Counted from the first letter of the whole stretch, positions 39,744-50,220 are shown. The stretch: 63,909 nucleotides of DNA, filler included, from Bdellovibrionales bacterium RIFOXYD12_FULL_39_22 (GCA_001770205.1; 6 parts of 6 records of this genome joined end to end with filler, not necessarily neighbours in it); one strand, 5' to 3'. Translations and numbers: made by a program. Notes: generated from the sequence alone by a model not told the origin.

Positions 39744-40292
39744 TTATATCTCATTGTCATCTTTGATGACCGACTCTGTCAATACTTTTTTCGTCTTTTT
39801 CTTCGGTGCTTCATCTAAAACCATCTGCTTTTGCAGTAAGCTTTTAAATTCACTTGGAACTTTGCCGCTTTCTTTGGCCTGACGCAAAATTGATTCCAGC
39901 ACTGCAACCTCATCAAAATATTCCATCCTGATCTCTTTTACGGCCGCATCATTTAACGCCTCTCTAAATTTTATCATTATCCAATTTGCTATCTGAGTCC
40001 TATTTACTTTGCCCCCGATAAATCCCTCATTCACTTGATCCATTACAAACGACAACGCCATTCCTGCACTTTTATTCACTGTTATCCTCTGCAACTCCTG
40101 ATCTTTACTCTCACTATTATTCTCTCCCTCCTTATTACTTCTCTTATTCTCCTCTCCTAATTCCTCATTCCTATTCTTATATTCATTATTTAATTCTATT
40201 CCTTTAACTTTCATATCATTCATACTTCTTACTCCTCCTCCTACCGCCGCCCCTGCCTTCCTTCCTGTTGGTGACCCCTTCCTCGACAACAT
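39744..40292 (-). CDS. Hypothetical protein (likely start near 40223 after GGAGGAG)
   Basis: Open frame co-oriented with the element genes. Confidence 0.6.
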   Translation of the reverse strand: MLSRKGSPTGRKAGAAVGGGVRSMNDMKVKGIELNNEYKNRNEELGEENKRSNKEGENNSESKDQELQRITVNKSAGMALSFVMDQVNEGFIGGKVNRTQIANWIMIKFREALNDAAVKEIRMEYFDEVAVLESILRQAKESGKVPSEFKSLLQKQMVLDEAPKKKTKKVLTESVIKDDNEI

Positions 40293-40346
40293 CGTTGAGG
40301 GGGAGGGGTCACCAACAAAGACAGGATGGCGTTCTCTGGGCGGCGG
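40244..40346. other. Long GC-rich nested inverted repeat (candidate transfer or replication origin)
   Basis: TGTTGGTGACCCCT/AGGGGTCACCAACA perfect 14 bp; outer CCGCCGCCC/GGGCGGCGG. Confidence 0.7.
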
Positions 40347-40443
40347 CGGAAATAGTTCTATTGATTTAAACTCTTATGGATGATTCTCTTTTAATTTTTT
40401 CAAATATTTTTAGGTTCATGTTGGGCCGCGAAAAGGGCCATAA

Positions 40444-41211
40444 TTAAATTGCAACTTTGCATGGCCCTGCTTTGCAAATATCTATCAGTCTAACGACTCC
40501 ATTCCTAATTGCAATTGGTGCAGATTCAGGATTGCTCTTCCATGCATCAGCATCGACAAAACAAATTCTACTCTCTAAATTGGTACTTTGAATTTGCTTC
40601 ATGATTTTTACAAGCGCCGTTTTAATGGCCTCGGTTTCGCAGATATAAAGTATCATGGAGTAGGTAGATTGTTGCGCGTAGGAGAATAAAATCTCCCGAT
40701 AGCGCGCAAATGATTTCCTCTCGCGTTCATATTCAAAGGCCACTAATCTAACTTTATCTGCCACCGAGATTTCTGCTGTGGCGTCAGGGTATTTAATTTT
40801 GTTGTTCTTAACTCTTAATCCCCAGTCACCTAAGCTCTCTTTTTTCAGTTCAGCTTCTGTCTTCCAATTCGTCACAAATCCATTTATTGAGAGCCGAAGC
40901 AGCGATTGCATCAGGACTCGATCATGGGTTACCGTGTGGAGCATCGGTGGTATCACAAAACTTATATTTTTACTTTTTAACAACTCTTTTCCTTTTGGGC
41001 CTAAAACATAAAGATTTTTTACCTCTTGATTTGCGTGCGGTCTTAAAAAATGATTCTCAACTAAATTATACAATTGCCTACGCCGCCACCTCAAATTACC
41101 TTGTGCAAAAAACAGATTCCAGGTCTGACGACAGATAAAACCTGTTTTTCCAACTAAGGCGATGGCCTCAAATGGCGAATCATTGAGTGGTCGCCCAGCT
41201 TTTAAATCCAT
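40444..41211 (-). CDS. Replic_Relax-like protein (wHTH + PD-(D/E)XK)
   Basis: YVLGPKG, VTHD, YPDA and FEYERERKSFARY motifs. Confidence 0.65.
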   Translation of the reverse strand: MDLKAGRPLNDSPFEAIALVGKTGFICRQTWNLFFAQGNLRWRRRQLYNLVENHFLRPHANQEVKNLYVLGPKGKELLKSKNISFVIPPMLHTVTHDRVLMQSLLRLSINGFVTNWKTEAELKKESLGDWGLRVKNNKIKYPDATAEISVADKVRLVAFEYERERKSFARYREILFSYAQQSTYSMILYICETEAIKTALVKIMKQIQSTNLESRICFVDADAWKSNPESAPIAIRNGVVRLIDICKAGPCKVAI

Positions 41212-41346
41212 AAATATTCACCTCTGCTATTTGTTAATATAAACAATCTCAGTTTGACATGAGTAATAAAAAAATTGTTCTGAGGAGTGAGTTATTCGGG
41301 ACTACAATATATTAACTTTTTGATTTACTCGTTTCACGCACGCCGC

Positions 41347-41832
41347 CTACAGCGCCCATGAATTTTTCCAGTTTTTTGGAGTCTCAAATTCTGCAAGAGT
41401 GGCATAAGCTGACCAAAGCCCCTGATGAATAGATTCATGCTGTATTATAACATCGCAAAATTCTGTAAAACCAATTGTAGTGCCAAAGAATTCCATCGAG
41501 AAAGAGTCAAGCTTTGTAGATTTGAGATCTTCAAGTATGGATTCGAGTTCGACGTCTTTCTGCTTTAGGGCCGTAACTATATCGGATTTGTTAAGGTTCC
41601 CATCATAAAATGTCTTCTTCTTTGATAGGTCAATTTTACGATTTTTCAGAGCATCATTGTAGAGGCCACTTATCCAAACCATGTGGCGAAACTGTTTACA
41701 CAGAGGAGAGTGCTTTTCACTGAAAGTGAAGAACCATTTGTCAGCAGGTACAGAATCAATAAATTCATATGTCATGCCGCGGATAAAATTCCATGATTTT
41801 TTGAATTCATTTATAATAACTGATGTCTCCAT
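41347..41832 (-). CDS. DinB-family protein
   Basis: QFRHM...QHESIHQG. Confidence 0.8.
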   Translation of the reverse strand: METSVIINEFKKSWNFIRGMTYEFIDSVPADKWFFTFSEKHSPLCKQFRHMVWISGLYNDALKNRKIDLSKKKTFYDGNLNKSDIVTALKQKDVELESILEDLKSTKLDSFSMEFFGTTIGFTEFCDVIIQHESIHQGLWSAYATLAEFETPKNWKNSWAL

Positions 41833-41976
41833 AGAATCACCTGTACCTTAAATTTGAGCCAATATCTATAGCTTGTATAATGGTCGTCAATCTCTGAAAT
41901 TACAAGCTCTCCCGAATTTTTTGCACCAAGAAAAATGGCCAGCTTATTACATGATATTATTAATCATGGAGTTCCA

Positions 41977-42399
41977 TCAAGCCCAATTGATGTTGGAATT
42001 TAGAGCTTCTCTAACCAAATCGCTTAATAGTTTATGATCATTTATTGAAACCCATGCCGCCCCAGAAATATCTTCAGCAACGATGTTTTTAATTTTTGAC
42101 TGATCAATAACACAACGACAGACTACTGCTTTATGATGAAAATCTATCGCCTCTCCTTTGGAGTTTTTCGAAGCTATAAAATCTAACTTGAGCCAATCTG
42201 ATACTATTGTCGGCTTGACTCCCAGCTCCTCAATAAACTCTCGTTCAAGCGTTTGAATATTACTTTCTTCATGTTCAGGTGTACCACCGGGTAAATCATA
42301 TAAATCCGTATATGGGCCTCTCGTCTTTTTTACTAACAAGAGCTTTGTTTTGTCAGAATTAAAAACGAGTCCATAGACTCCAAAATGTTCATCTCTCAA
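41977..42399 (-). CDS. NUDIX hydrolase
   Basis: LPGGTPEHEESNIQTLEREFIEELG Nudix box. Confidence 0.9.
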   Translation of the reverse strand: MRDEHFGVYGLVFNSDKTKLLLVKKTRGPYTDLYDLPGGTPEHEESNIQTLEREFIEELGVKPTIVSDWLKLDFIASKNSKGEAIDFHHKAVVCRCVIDQSKIKNIVAEDISGAAWVSINDHKLLSDLVREALNSNINWA

Positions 42400-42411
42400 G
42401 ATTTAACCTCT

Positions 42412-43197
42412 CTATAAAACAACTGGGATTCTCCACTCTTTTGGTGCAGTTCTTTTATATCCATCAAAAAAGAGGCCGCCATAAGGGTTTACAATTTCTT
42501 CCGTCAAAGCAATCAAATTTGCATATTCTCCAGCATAGGCCTTTGAAAAAGAGTCAATCCAACGCTCCCCAAGGACTCGGTCATGTTTTAATAACTGCCG
42601 AGGAATATGTTTTTTTGATGCTGACCACAAGCTACGACTTCGAAAATAAAAATTCCCCAATGTTTCGTGGAGGGCCCCTATTACAATATTTGCCTCTAAT
42701 TTATTTCGTGGAGTTCTGAGATCATCGATCAAATCAGTAATGCCATATCTTTGGTGATAAATTGTTTCATCACTCCATTTAGGGGCATTTTGTGCCAATA
42801 GTTTTTCAGCCATTTTTTTCAACTGTTGACTTTTTTCGCTATCAAAAGGGACAACGACCGCTTCAGATACCATTGATGGTAGAGATAACTGCCCATCTTT
42901 TCCATCAACTTCGTTGAAAAAATAGTTTAATGTTTCAGGATCATGAACAAAGGCTTCTACTGGCCAGCCTTCAAAGATAAACGATTCTCTCCATGCAAAA
43001 TCTAGCTTTTCAAAAATAACAACCAAGTCGATATCTGACGAGATGGTAGCTTCTCCTCTTTGAAAGCTCCCTGCAACAAACGCAAATAGCGCTTCCGGAA
43101 AGCGTATTTTTAAAATATCTCTAACCACATCTACAGGTTGTCTTCTACCATTTAAAAATGATTCCATTTCAAACTCCTCAATATTCTTTTGCCCCAC
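42412..43197 (-). CDS. Nucleotidyltransferase-domain protein
   Basis: AGSFQRGEAT.SSDIDLVV. Confidence 0.85.
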   Translation of the reverse strand: MGQKNIEEFEMESFLNGRRQPVDVVRDILKIRFPEALFAFVAGSFQRGEATISSDIDLVVIFEKLDFAWRESFIFEGWPVEAFVHDPETLNYFFNEVDGKDGQLSLPSMVSEAVVVPFDSEKSQQLKKMAEKLLAQNAPKWSDETIYHQRYGITDLIDDLRTPRNKLEANIVIGALHETLGNFYFRSRSLWSASKKHIPRQLLKHDRVLGERWIDSFSKAYAGEYANLIALTEEIVNPYGGLFFDGYKRTAPKEWRIPVVL

Positions 43198-43547
43198 TCA
43201 AATTTCAAGAGGGCATAAACAGAGATTGTCACCATGTGAAAAATAATAAGCTCTGTTTGATTGCCAAAATATGAGCGAAAAACTGTGTAGGCAATCAACT
43301 GAGAAAACCCGATCGTCAAAAAAGCAATCTCACCATACAATTTTTGACGCCATAGGCTTACGCTGACAAAAGTATCACCAACTAATAAAAAAACAATCCA
43401 CACCTTCCAGATCATGCCCATTTCTGAAAATATTAAACGCAAATCTAACAAATCCAAAAGGTGTAGAATTGCCCCAATTAGGTAGAGAAATGAAAGTAAT
43501 TTCAAATAATGCTTCATCTTGAACAGTTCTAATAAAAATCTACCCAT
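43152..43547 (-). CDS. Four-TM hypothetical membrane protein
   Basis: Hydrophobic segments; co-oriented with neighbours. Confidence 0.6.
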   Translation of the reverse strand: MGRFLLELFKMKHYLKLLSFLYLIGAILHLLDLLDLRLIFSEMGMIWKVWIVFLLVGDTFVSVSLWRQKLYGEIAFLTIGFSQLIAYTVFRSYFGNQTELIIFHMVTISVYALLKFEWGKRILRSLKWNHF

Positions 43548-43568
43548 TTGTCACATTCTAAAACATTT

Positions 43569-43988
43569 CTATTCGCTCTCCTCCCATTTAGTTGGCTCAA
43601 TAATCACATATTCAAAATGACCTTCAATGTAGCGGTTGCCGACGATTTGACTTTCAACCCAGCGCGCTTCGACCTTGGGTTTTTGCAGAGCTGGCATCGT
43701 GCCAGACATCGGTGCGGATCTTTTTCCGGCCACATAGGCCTCTTGCATTTTTTCTTGTGTGTTTTCATGGATGATGGAGCCTGCCATCATTCCGGCCATT
43801 CCACCAAGCGCCGTGCCGACGATAACATTTCGCGTTCGATACTCGCCATTTTTTCCAGGGTCTGCTATTCCACCCAAAACTGCGCCGGTGCCTGCTCCGA
43901 TTGCGCCGCCAAGGGCGGTGCTCTTTGTACTTGTTGCGCAACCTCCAAAAATTGCGGCAACAAGTACAAGTATTAAAATCTTTTTCAT
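43569..43988 (-). CDS. Conjugation-associated glycine-zipper lipoprotein
   Basis: Lipobox FGGC; GGAIGAGTGAVLGG; counterpart at 51745-52266. Confidence 0.7.
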   Translation of the reverse strand: MKKILILVLVAAIFGGCATSTKSTALGGAIGAGTGAVLGGIADPGKNGEYRTRNVIVGTALGGMAGMMAGSIIHENTQEKMQEAYVAGKRSAPMSGTMPALQKPKVEARWVESQIVGNRYIEGHFEYVIIEPTKWEESE

Positions 43989-45640
43989 AAAACCTCCGAA
44001 GAGTTAGTTAGTGTAAGTGTCACATCAGCTATTCCTTCACCTTGTCCTGCTTTATTCTCATCAACTATTTGCACAATCTGTCTTAGCTCTTTTGCAACTG
44101 GCCGTAACGGTTCTGCTGGTAGATCATCAAAAATATCAAACTTGATTCTGATCGTTTTGCTTCCGCCATCATGGGGAATCATCATCAGGGCCTCACCAAC
44201 TCCAAGCTCACGCTTAAACACATTTGGATGCACCAGAAACTCCTCAACATCTCTGGCCGAGACGTCACCAGTTTTTTCTTTGCTATTGAAAAATCCATTT
44301 TTTTGCCTCTCCGTGTATTTGGTTGTCGATTTAGTACCCATGGCCCTTGAAAAATATTCTGCCGAATCAGGATCATTACCGCGCATAAAAATTTTCAAAT
44401 TAGAGTTGGTCAAAATAGCATTGGCCACCGAATCCCCAAGCTGCGTAATATCACCCAATGCCTGATGCGCAAAAACAACTCCTACGTTTGCGCTTCTAGA
44501 TTTATTTAAAATCGAAACAAAGCCAGGGTAGAGATACTCAGAAAAATCATCTAAAAACACCGAGAAAAACTTCGGCTGACCTCCTTGTCCACGATGTCGA
44601 TTGGCAACCGCCGCCTGAAGAGATTGCAAAACCAATTTACCAGTGGCCTTCCCCAAAAAAGGAGAAAGCAGCACCGGAAGTTGAAAGTAGACAATCTGAT
44701 TTTTACTTAATGCCTCATCAATCGTAATCATCTTTTGCTCAGCATTAAAAAGCTCTCCGGTTTTTCCAAAAACAAAATGTCCTATGGCCGTAAGTAGTCC
44801 ACTGGTGCGTGACTCTCTTTCAGAAGGAGAAAGGTTGTTAAACTTTTGCACCCATGAGACTAATTGAACATCATTTGTTTGGTTGGCCATTTTCTCCAAA
44901 AGTGCCAGATCGTTTATAACCTGATGCAATTTTTCAAAGGTCGGTGTGATTTTATTTTTCTCAAGCAAGCGCATCACCTGGCCCATCACCTCATACTGCA
45001 AACTGCGATAGTAGGGATTTTCAAACTCAAAAGCATTAAACACGCGCTCGGTAATCTCCTCAGCTGTTCCTCCAATCAGCGGATTAAACTGTTCGGAAAA
45101 TTGCGGATTTGATAAACTAAAAAGCTTAAAGTCCGCCTCACGATTATACTTTTTGGTGTAGGCCCAGAGTTTATTCAGCAAAGATTTATCGGCCTTGCCA
45201 TCAATTAGCAAAAGGCCGCGACCATCTTTGATGTCCTGAATCGCCCAAGGTAAAATGACCGACTCCGTTTTACCTGCATTGGTGGTGCCAATGACCTGCG
45301 TGTGCATGGCGCGCTGTTTGGGTTTAATGAAAACCTTTTGCTTTTCAAAATTCATTCCGCAATAAACAGCTTCGGGAGCTTCTGCTAAAATCGCTCGCTC
45401 CTTCAGATTTTTGCCTCTTATCTTCAGCGCCTTCTCAAACAAGAGCAAGAGGACAATCAGACTTACCAAAATAGTAATCGCCACCACCTTATAGTTATGA
45501 TTGACGATGTATCGAAAGACCGGCGCATGATATTTTTGATAAGACATCCAAGTAAAAAAAATCCCCACCCAAATTAAAAGATGCATATCGTTGTTTTGAT
45601 TTTTAGAATCCACTGACTGCTCCCGGATCTCGAAACACAA
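43985..45640 (-). CDS. Type IV coupling protein (TraD/VirD4-like)
   Basis: GTTNAGKT, IDGKAD, FLDDF, NKSRSA...AHQ, LGVGEA. Confidence 0.88.
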   Translation of the reverse strand: MCFEIREQSVDSKNQNNDMHLLIWVGIFFTWMSYQKYHAPVFRYIVNHNYKVVAITILVSLIVLLLLFEKALKIRGKNLKERAILAEAPEAVYCGMNFEKQKVFIKPKQRAMHTQVIGTTNAGKTESVILPWAIQDIKDGRGLLLIDGKADKSLLNKLWAYTKKYNREADFKLFSLSNPQFSEQFNPLIGGTAEEITERVFNAFEFENPYYRSLQYEVMGQVMRLLEKNKITPTFEKLHQVINDLALLEKMANQTNDVQLVSWVQKFNNLSPSERESRTSGLLTAIGHFVFGKTGELFNAEQKMITIDEALSKNQIVYFQLPVLLSPFLGKATGKLVLQSLQAAVANRHRGQGGQPKFFSVFLDDFSEYLYPGFVSILNKSRSANVGVVFAHQALGDITQLGDSVANAILTNSNLKIFMRGNDPDSAEYFSRAMGTKSTTKYTERQKNGFFNSKEKTGDVSARDVEEFLVHPNVFKRELGVGEALMMIPHDGGSKTIRIKFDIFDDLPAEPLRPVAKELRQIVQIVDENKAGQGEGIADVTLTLTNSSEVL

Positions 45641-46577
45641 AACCCTGATTTAAAACTGCGAGGGCCACAACACCTGCTTGCAGTTCAATCCATTTTTGTT
45701 CTTTTTTCATCTCCTCACCAAAACTTTCAGCATAATCTTTTGCAGTTTCGGAAACTGCATTTTTTAAACCATTCTCATGTCCACCAGTGCTGGCACCCAT
45801 TTGACCGCGAGTCATTGATCCTTCGGCATAGGCTCCCACAAAGCGCGTAAGAGTGTGCCCAATCATATTTTTTAATACTTTCGAGTGAACATCTCCCTCA
45901 ATACCAATGCGCCCATCAGCTCCAATTCCAAGAGCAGAAATAGATCGCTCTCTTCCGTTGGGATAAATAATCGACTGAAAATTAATGTTGGCCCGCTCAG
46001 AAGAATCATCAAAACTAATCTCTCCATAAAGTTTTGAGCCCTCCGGAATGGCAACACTGTTTTCATAAACGCTATCTTTTACAACAACTCCTACAACGGG
46101 CATTGCGTCCTTCGTAACTGTCATGGCCTCCGCAATTTTAAAAACAATCCGAGAACCCAAAGGGAGCTTACCTTTAGCATTGGCTCCTTCGCGCGCCAAA
46201 ATCATCGAAGTGTTGCGATCACGATTGGAACTCTCACCACCACCTTGTGGCCTTCCGCCGTAAGCGCTTAGCGGATCAGCAACGGTTCTTGAAAAACCGT
46301 TGGTCGCTTGCAGTTGCGCCAGAGTGTCTTCTGTTGCCGTTATTCGCTCTGCATTTTTGGGGGCCTCTTCTATTTGGGTATTTTCGTGAAAATCCAATTC
46401 CTCATTTGGTTTATTGGGTAAAATTAAAATCCCAAAAACAAAGAGCACAACGCCTCCGATAGCAACATTGCGGATCATTCCCCAATTAATCTCTTGTCTT
46501 GATGAAAATGGTTTTGGTGCTTTTAAGAAAAGCTTTTTAATTCGCGCAGGAAAATTTTCTTTTACTGTGTTTTCCAT
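45603..46577 (-). CDS. VirB10/TrbI-like protein
   Basis: TM segment; AIPEGSKLYG and DGRIGIEG motifs. Confidence 0.8.
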   Translation of the reverse strand: MENTVKENFPARIKKLFLKAPKPFSSRQEINWGMIRNVAIGGVVLFVFGILILPNKPNEELDFHENTQIEEAPKNAERITATEDTLAQLQATNGFSRTVADPLSAYGGRPQGGGESSNRDRNTSMILAREGANAKGKLPLGSRIVFKIAEAMTVTKDAMPVVGVVVKDSVYENSVAIPEGSKLYGEISFDDSSERANINFQSIIYPNGRERSISALGIGADGRIGIEGDVHSKVLKNMIGHTLTRFVGAYAEGSMTRGQMGASTGGHENGLKNAVSETAKDYAESFGEEMKKEQKWIELQAGVVALAVLNQGFVFRDPGAVSGF

Positions 46578-47281
46578 GAAGACACCTTGGCAATGGTTAG
46601 ATAAGAAATCGTTTTTCTTCTCATCTCAAAGCGCAGGGATGCGTTTAAATCAATATCCGCTTTTGCCAGTTGGATAACACCTTTAACAAGATCTCCTTTT
46701 TTCATAGTAAGTGATGAAAAAATCAATTTGTTAATGGGTTTGGTAACTCCACCTTGAGTTAGCCAAATCCATTCAGGCGCAATCGCCTCATTTTGTTTGG
46801 AGGAGATCAAAAACTCCACAAACAAAAATTCTCCTGTAGTGTTACCAACACGAGTAACTTCTAAACTTACGTCATCGTTTGCGAGTTTGTTTTTGATTTT
46901 ACTCCATGTGATACTTGATCCATCCGGTTTCTTTTTCGGGTTTTGCAAATAGACCACATAGTCCGCACCAGCTTCTACACCTGTCACTAATTGCACGTTG
47001 TACCTTTTCCACTCGGTATAGATATAGAGATTACTTTTGGCCCCACCCACAAGGGGCTTAATGGTAATCGCCTTATCCAGATACTCCACCTTAAACGCAC
47101 TTTGATCACCGACAACAACACTATTTGGAGAATCTGGCACCTGAACAATGGTGGCAATCCCAATGGCCGTTTTAACGGTGACGATTTGATCCGTTTGAAC
47201 TTCGATGTAGCGGACACGATTCTCAAATGAAAACGCAATTGATCCAAAGAAGAAAAAAACACATGTCAGCACGTGCTTCAT
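46562..47281 (-). CDS. VirB9/TrbG-like protein
   Basis: Signal peptide; VVVGD...ITIKP...SNLYIYT. Confidence 0.78.
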   Translation of the reverse strand: MKHVLTCVFFFFGSIAFSFENRVRYIEVQTDQIVTVKTAIGIATIVQVPDSPNSVVVGDQSAFKVEYLDKAITIKPLVGGAKSNLYIYTEWKRYNVQLVTGVEAGADYVVYLQNPKKKPDGSSITWSKIKNKLANDDVSLEVTRVGNTTGEFLFVEFLISSKQNEAIAPEWIWLTQGGVTKPINKLIFSSLTMKKGDLVKGVIQLAKADIDLNASLRFEMRRKTISYLTIAKVSSWKTQ

Positions 47282-47312
47282 AAAACCTCCTTCGGTTTGT
47301 TAAAATTTAGTT

Positions 47313-48032
47313 TTAAATTTTTTCAGCGATAAAATAGTCTGCTCGCCAAGGTGGCCCTTCTGGATCGTTAGGATAGCCCCATGCCTTTAGCGATTTTACA
47401 AGTTTGAGTTGGTTTGTTCTAAACATCTCAGTTAATTCTTCATGAGAGTATAGTTTTAATGATTTTATTGGCCCCTTATGATCGTCTTTGCTTACAAAGC
47501 TATTCAAGTTTTCATTATAAAAGAATGTATCCTGGACACCATGATTCTTGGCAAATTCTTTATTATAAACCTCAAGTAATAAACGTCCCCCTGGCCTTAA
47601 GGATTTTGAAATATTACTTATCACTTTGTAGTGCTCATCGTCTGTTTCCAATACTCCAAAAATAACATCCCAGAGAAGAACATAATCCATGTTCATGCTC
47701 CATGTAATTTCTCTCATGTCTCCAACAATCCAAGTAGGAGTCACTTTCATTTTATGTGATAACTCTTTTGCTATCTCAATTGCGGCTGGAGTACAATCAA
47801 CTCCGGTTACATTATGCCCCCTTTTACTAAATTCAATTGCAACAGGCCCAGTGCCACATGCCAAATCCAAAATGTTACAGTGAGCAGTTTTGATCTCTAG
47901 CAATTTTTCAAACTGGTCTACAGTTTTGCAAAGTCGTGGATAAAATTTTTCAAAAGACTCAATGATCTTTTCTTTATTGTCTCCAAAGCTTTTTTGAAAC
48001 TCATCAACAATATTTTTAATTTTTGTGTTCAT
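47313..48032 (-). CDS. Class I SAM-dependent methyltransferase
   Basis: ILDLACGTG, GDMRE, LRPGG. Confidence 0.92.
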   Translation of the reverse strand: MNTKIKNIVDEFQKSFGDNKEKIIESFEKFYPRLCKTVDQFEKLLEIKTAHCNILDLACGTGPVAIEFSKRGHNVTGVDCTPAAIEIAKELSHKMKVTPTWIVGDMREITWSMNMDYVLLWDVIFGVLETDDEHYKVISNISKSLRPGGRLLLEVYNKEFAKNHGVQDTFFYNENLNSFVSKDDHKGPIKSLKLYSHEELTEMFRTNQLKLVKSLKAWGYPNDPEGPPWRADYFIAEKI

Positions 48033-48058
48033 TTAGATCCCTTAGCTATATCGCATTT

Positions 48059-48760
48059 TTATATGCCTAACTCATGTTTCTGATTAGACTTCGTTGCAAA
48101 AAGTTTCAAGTGTTTATTCGCATTGAAATCAACAGTTGATTTAATTATTTTCAGACCTACACCCTCAATTTCATTTATTACATCTTCCGGTCTACCAAAA
48201 TATCTATAAGCAATTCCGTTGTAAATCATACATCTTGATTCCTCGTCGAAAACATACTCCATGTTTTTAAACTCTCTTACTCCACATTGTGTGCTAATAT
48301 AAATCACGCCGTGAGGAGATAGAACTCGGTCAACTTCTTCAAGTAACTTTTTCCTATCATCACCAATGATGCAATGAAGGCAGTTGGAATCAATAATTAC
48401 ATCAAAAAAATTATCATCATAATTCGATAGATCAGTAACATTGCCAACTTTGAAATCAACAACAAGCTTGGCATCACTTGATTTTTCAACGGCCCATTTA
48501 ATTGCTTCTTCAGAAATATCAATCCCGGTTACTTCATATCCTTTTTCCGCCATTTGCAAAGCAACTGTACCGTTACCACACCCCAGATCAAGTAATTTGC
48601 CTTTTTTTGGGAAAAAGTCTAATAATGAAAAAGATTCTAATGTTTCTTTCCAGTTTTTGAAGCGCACTCCATCTTTATCACCACCCCACGCAACATCTCC
48701 GGCCGCCCTGGCACTTTTGTAAAGTTCATTGTGAATAGAGTAGTTTTTATCATATTTCAC
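48059..48760 (-). CDS. Class I SAM-dependent methyltransferase
   Basis: LLDLGCGNG, GIDISEEAI. Confidence 0.92.
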   Translation of the reverse strand: MKYDKNYSIHNELYKSARAAGDVAWGGDKDGVRFKNWKETLESFSLLDFFPKKGKLLDLGCGNGTVALQMAEKGYEVTGIDISEEAIKWAVEKSSDAKLVVDFKVGNVTDLSNYDDNFFDVIIDSNCLHCIIGDDRKKLLEEVDRVLSPHGVIYISTQCGVREFKNMEYVFDEESRCMIYNGIAYRYFGRPEDVINEIEGVGLKIIKSTVDFNANKHLKLFATKSNQKHELGI

Positions 48761-49400
48761 TTGCTTTATCTCCTAAAGTTAATTCAACAAATGTATGAAC
48801 TCTCTCAGTGCCACCTCTTGAAAAAGGCAGTTCTAATTTATCAGTCATACGAAAACCATTTTGTTCAAAGAGAGCAACATAGTCGCTGGCATCATAATTT
48901 GAAAACTGCATGCTTGTTTGCTTGTGCTCAATCTGCCCATGACTATCAGTAATCTCCCAAAAATAAATACTATCTGTAATATTTTGTTCGCTCTTGAAAG
49001 TCATTTCCATTTTGCGTCTAAGATGTACATTTAGTTCTTTGATATGCAAGGGCTTGCTCCAATCAACGATGCGCTTTCCATTTTCGTCAAAAAGACCAAT
49101 GTGCGTTTTACTAATATCGAATAAAAATTTCCCATCTCGTCGTAAATGCTTCTTAATGTTTTTTATAAAAACATCTAATTTATTATTATCAATGAAGCAA
49201 AGTGAGTTATATGGCATGAAAATAGCTCGAAAAGATTCACCAGATGAAAAGGTCGTTGCATCTCCAATCAAAAATGGAATGTTGATTTTTTCAGTCGCTG
49301 TTTTATTTTTTGCAATCTCTATCATCGCCGAAGCATGATCTAGACCAATTATATCGATACCAGATTTTTTTAATAAGATGGGAAAACTTGATTTAGTCAA
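48750..49400 (-). CDS. Class I SAM-dependent methyltransferase, N-terminus missing or disrupted
   Basis: GLD...MI, GDAT, HLRRDGKFLFD; motif I absent. Confidence 0.75.
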   Translation of the reverse strand: MTKSSFPILLKKSGIDIIGLDHASAMIEIAKNKTATEKINIPFLIGDATTFSSGESFRAIFMPYNSLCFIDNNKLDVFIKNIKKHLRRDGKFLFDISKTHIGLFDENGKRIVDWSKPLHIKELNVHLRRKMEMTFKSEQNITDSIYFWEITDSHGQIEHKQTSMQFSNYDASDYVALFEQNGFRMTDKLELPFSRGGTERVHTFVELTLGDKASEI

Positions 49401-49456
49401 GTTTTCCCCAAAAAAACGAACACCTAACAGTATTGTCAGGTATTGTTTTTATACAT

Positions 49457-49556
49457 NNNNNNNNNNNNNNNNNNNNNNNNNNNNNNNNNNNNNNNNNNNN
49501 TTAATTAATTAANNNNNNNNNNNNNNNNNNNNNNNNNNNNNNNNNNNNNNNNNNNN
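49457..49556. other. Artificial contig linker
   Basis: N-run, TTAATTAATTAA, N-run. Confidence 0.99.
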
Positions 49557-49608
49557 AAGCTATGGGAAGGCCTGCGGTGCGTCATAAAATGCATTTTTTT
49601 TATTTTTT

Positions 49609-50220
49609 TTAACTTAAAATATTATCTGTGAAAGCCTTACCCTTCTCACTCATACTTGAGAGGTAACTGCAATAGCTTTTGTATAGTCCTAGCTTATTGG
49701 TTATATAAAAACAGTAGTCACTCTCGCTCGACATTGCATGACGGGCAAACTTGGTTTGTATGCGATTTTTGCTCTTTTGCGTAAGTTCAATTTCTAGGTC
49801 GATTTTAAACTTGTTCTCATCTTTTATGCCGATAATTTTTGCGTCGGCATTTACTTTACTGGCCCCATCATGCGAAAGCATTTGCCCGTCAGTAAAAGTT
49901 TTAAATGCCTGTAGTCCTCGCAATACTACTCCGGTAATTATGTCATGTGCCAAATTTTCATCTGCCATTTCATAACCGTTCTCAACCCCAACCAACTTAA
50001 TCCCCTTGGACGACAGATAAAAGTACTTTGCCCGATTTCCTAGATAGGTGCATTTTATAAAATTAGTCTGCTCTAGTTTTTGAATTTTTTTTAGCAAATT
50101 GGGATACTCGATTTTATTAGTCGTCAGACTTGCTAGCGTTTTAAAATCCAAAATTCTCCATTGCCCAATTAGTCGCAAGATATCTTCATACGCCCCTTGT
50201 GGGGCAAAATGTTGTCTCAT
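49609..50220 (-). CDS. Replic_Relax-like protein (wHTH + PD-(D/E)XK), possibly C-truncated
   Basis: FYLSSKG, LAHD, NADA and LEIELTQKSKNRI motifs. Confidence 0.65.
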   Translation of the reverse strand: MRQHFAPQGAYEDILRLIGQWRILDFKTLASLTTNKIEYPNLLKKIQKLEQTNFIKCTYLGNRAKYFYLSSKGIKLVGVENGYEMADENLAHDIITGVVLRGLQAFKTFTDGQMLSHDGASKVNADAKIIGIKDENKFKIDLEIELTQKSKNRIQTKFARHAMSSESDYCFYITNKLGLYKSYCSYLSSMSEKGKAFTDNILS

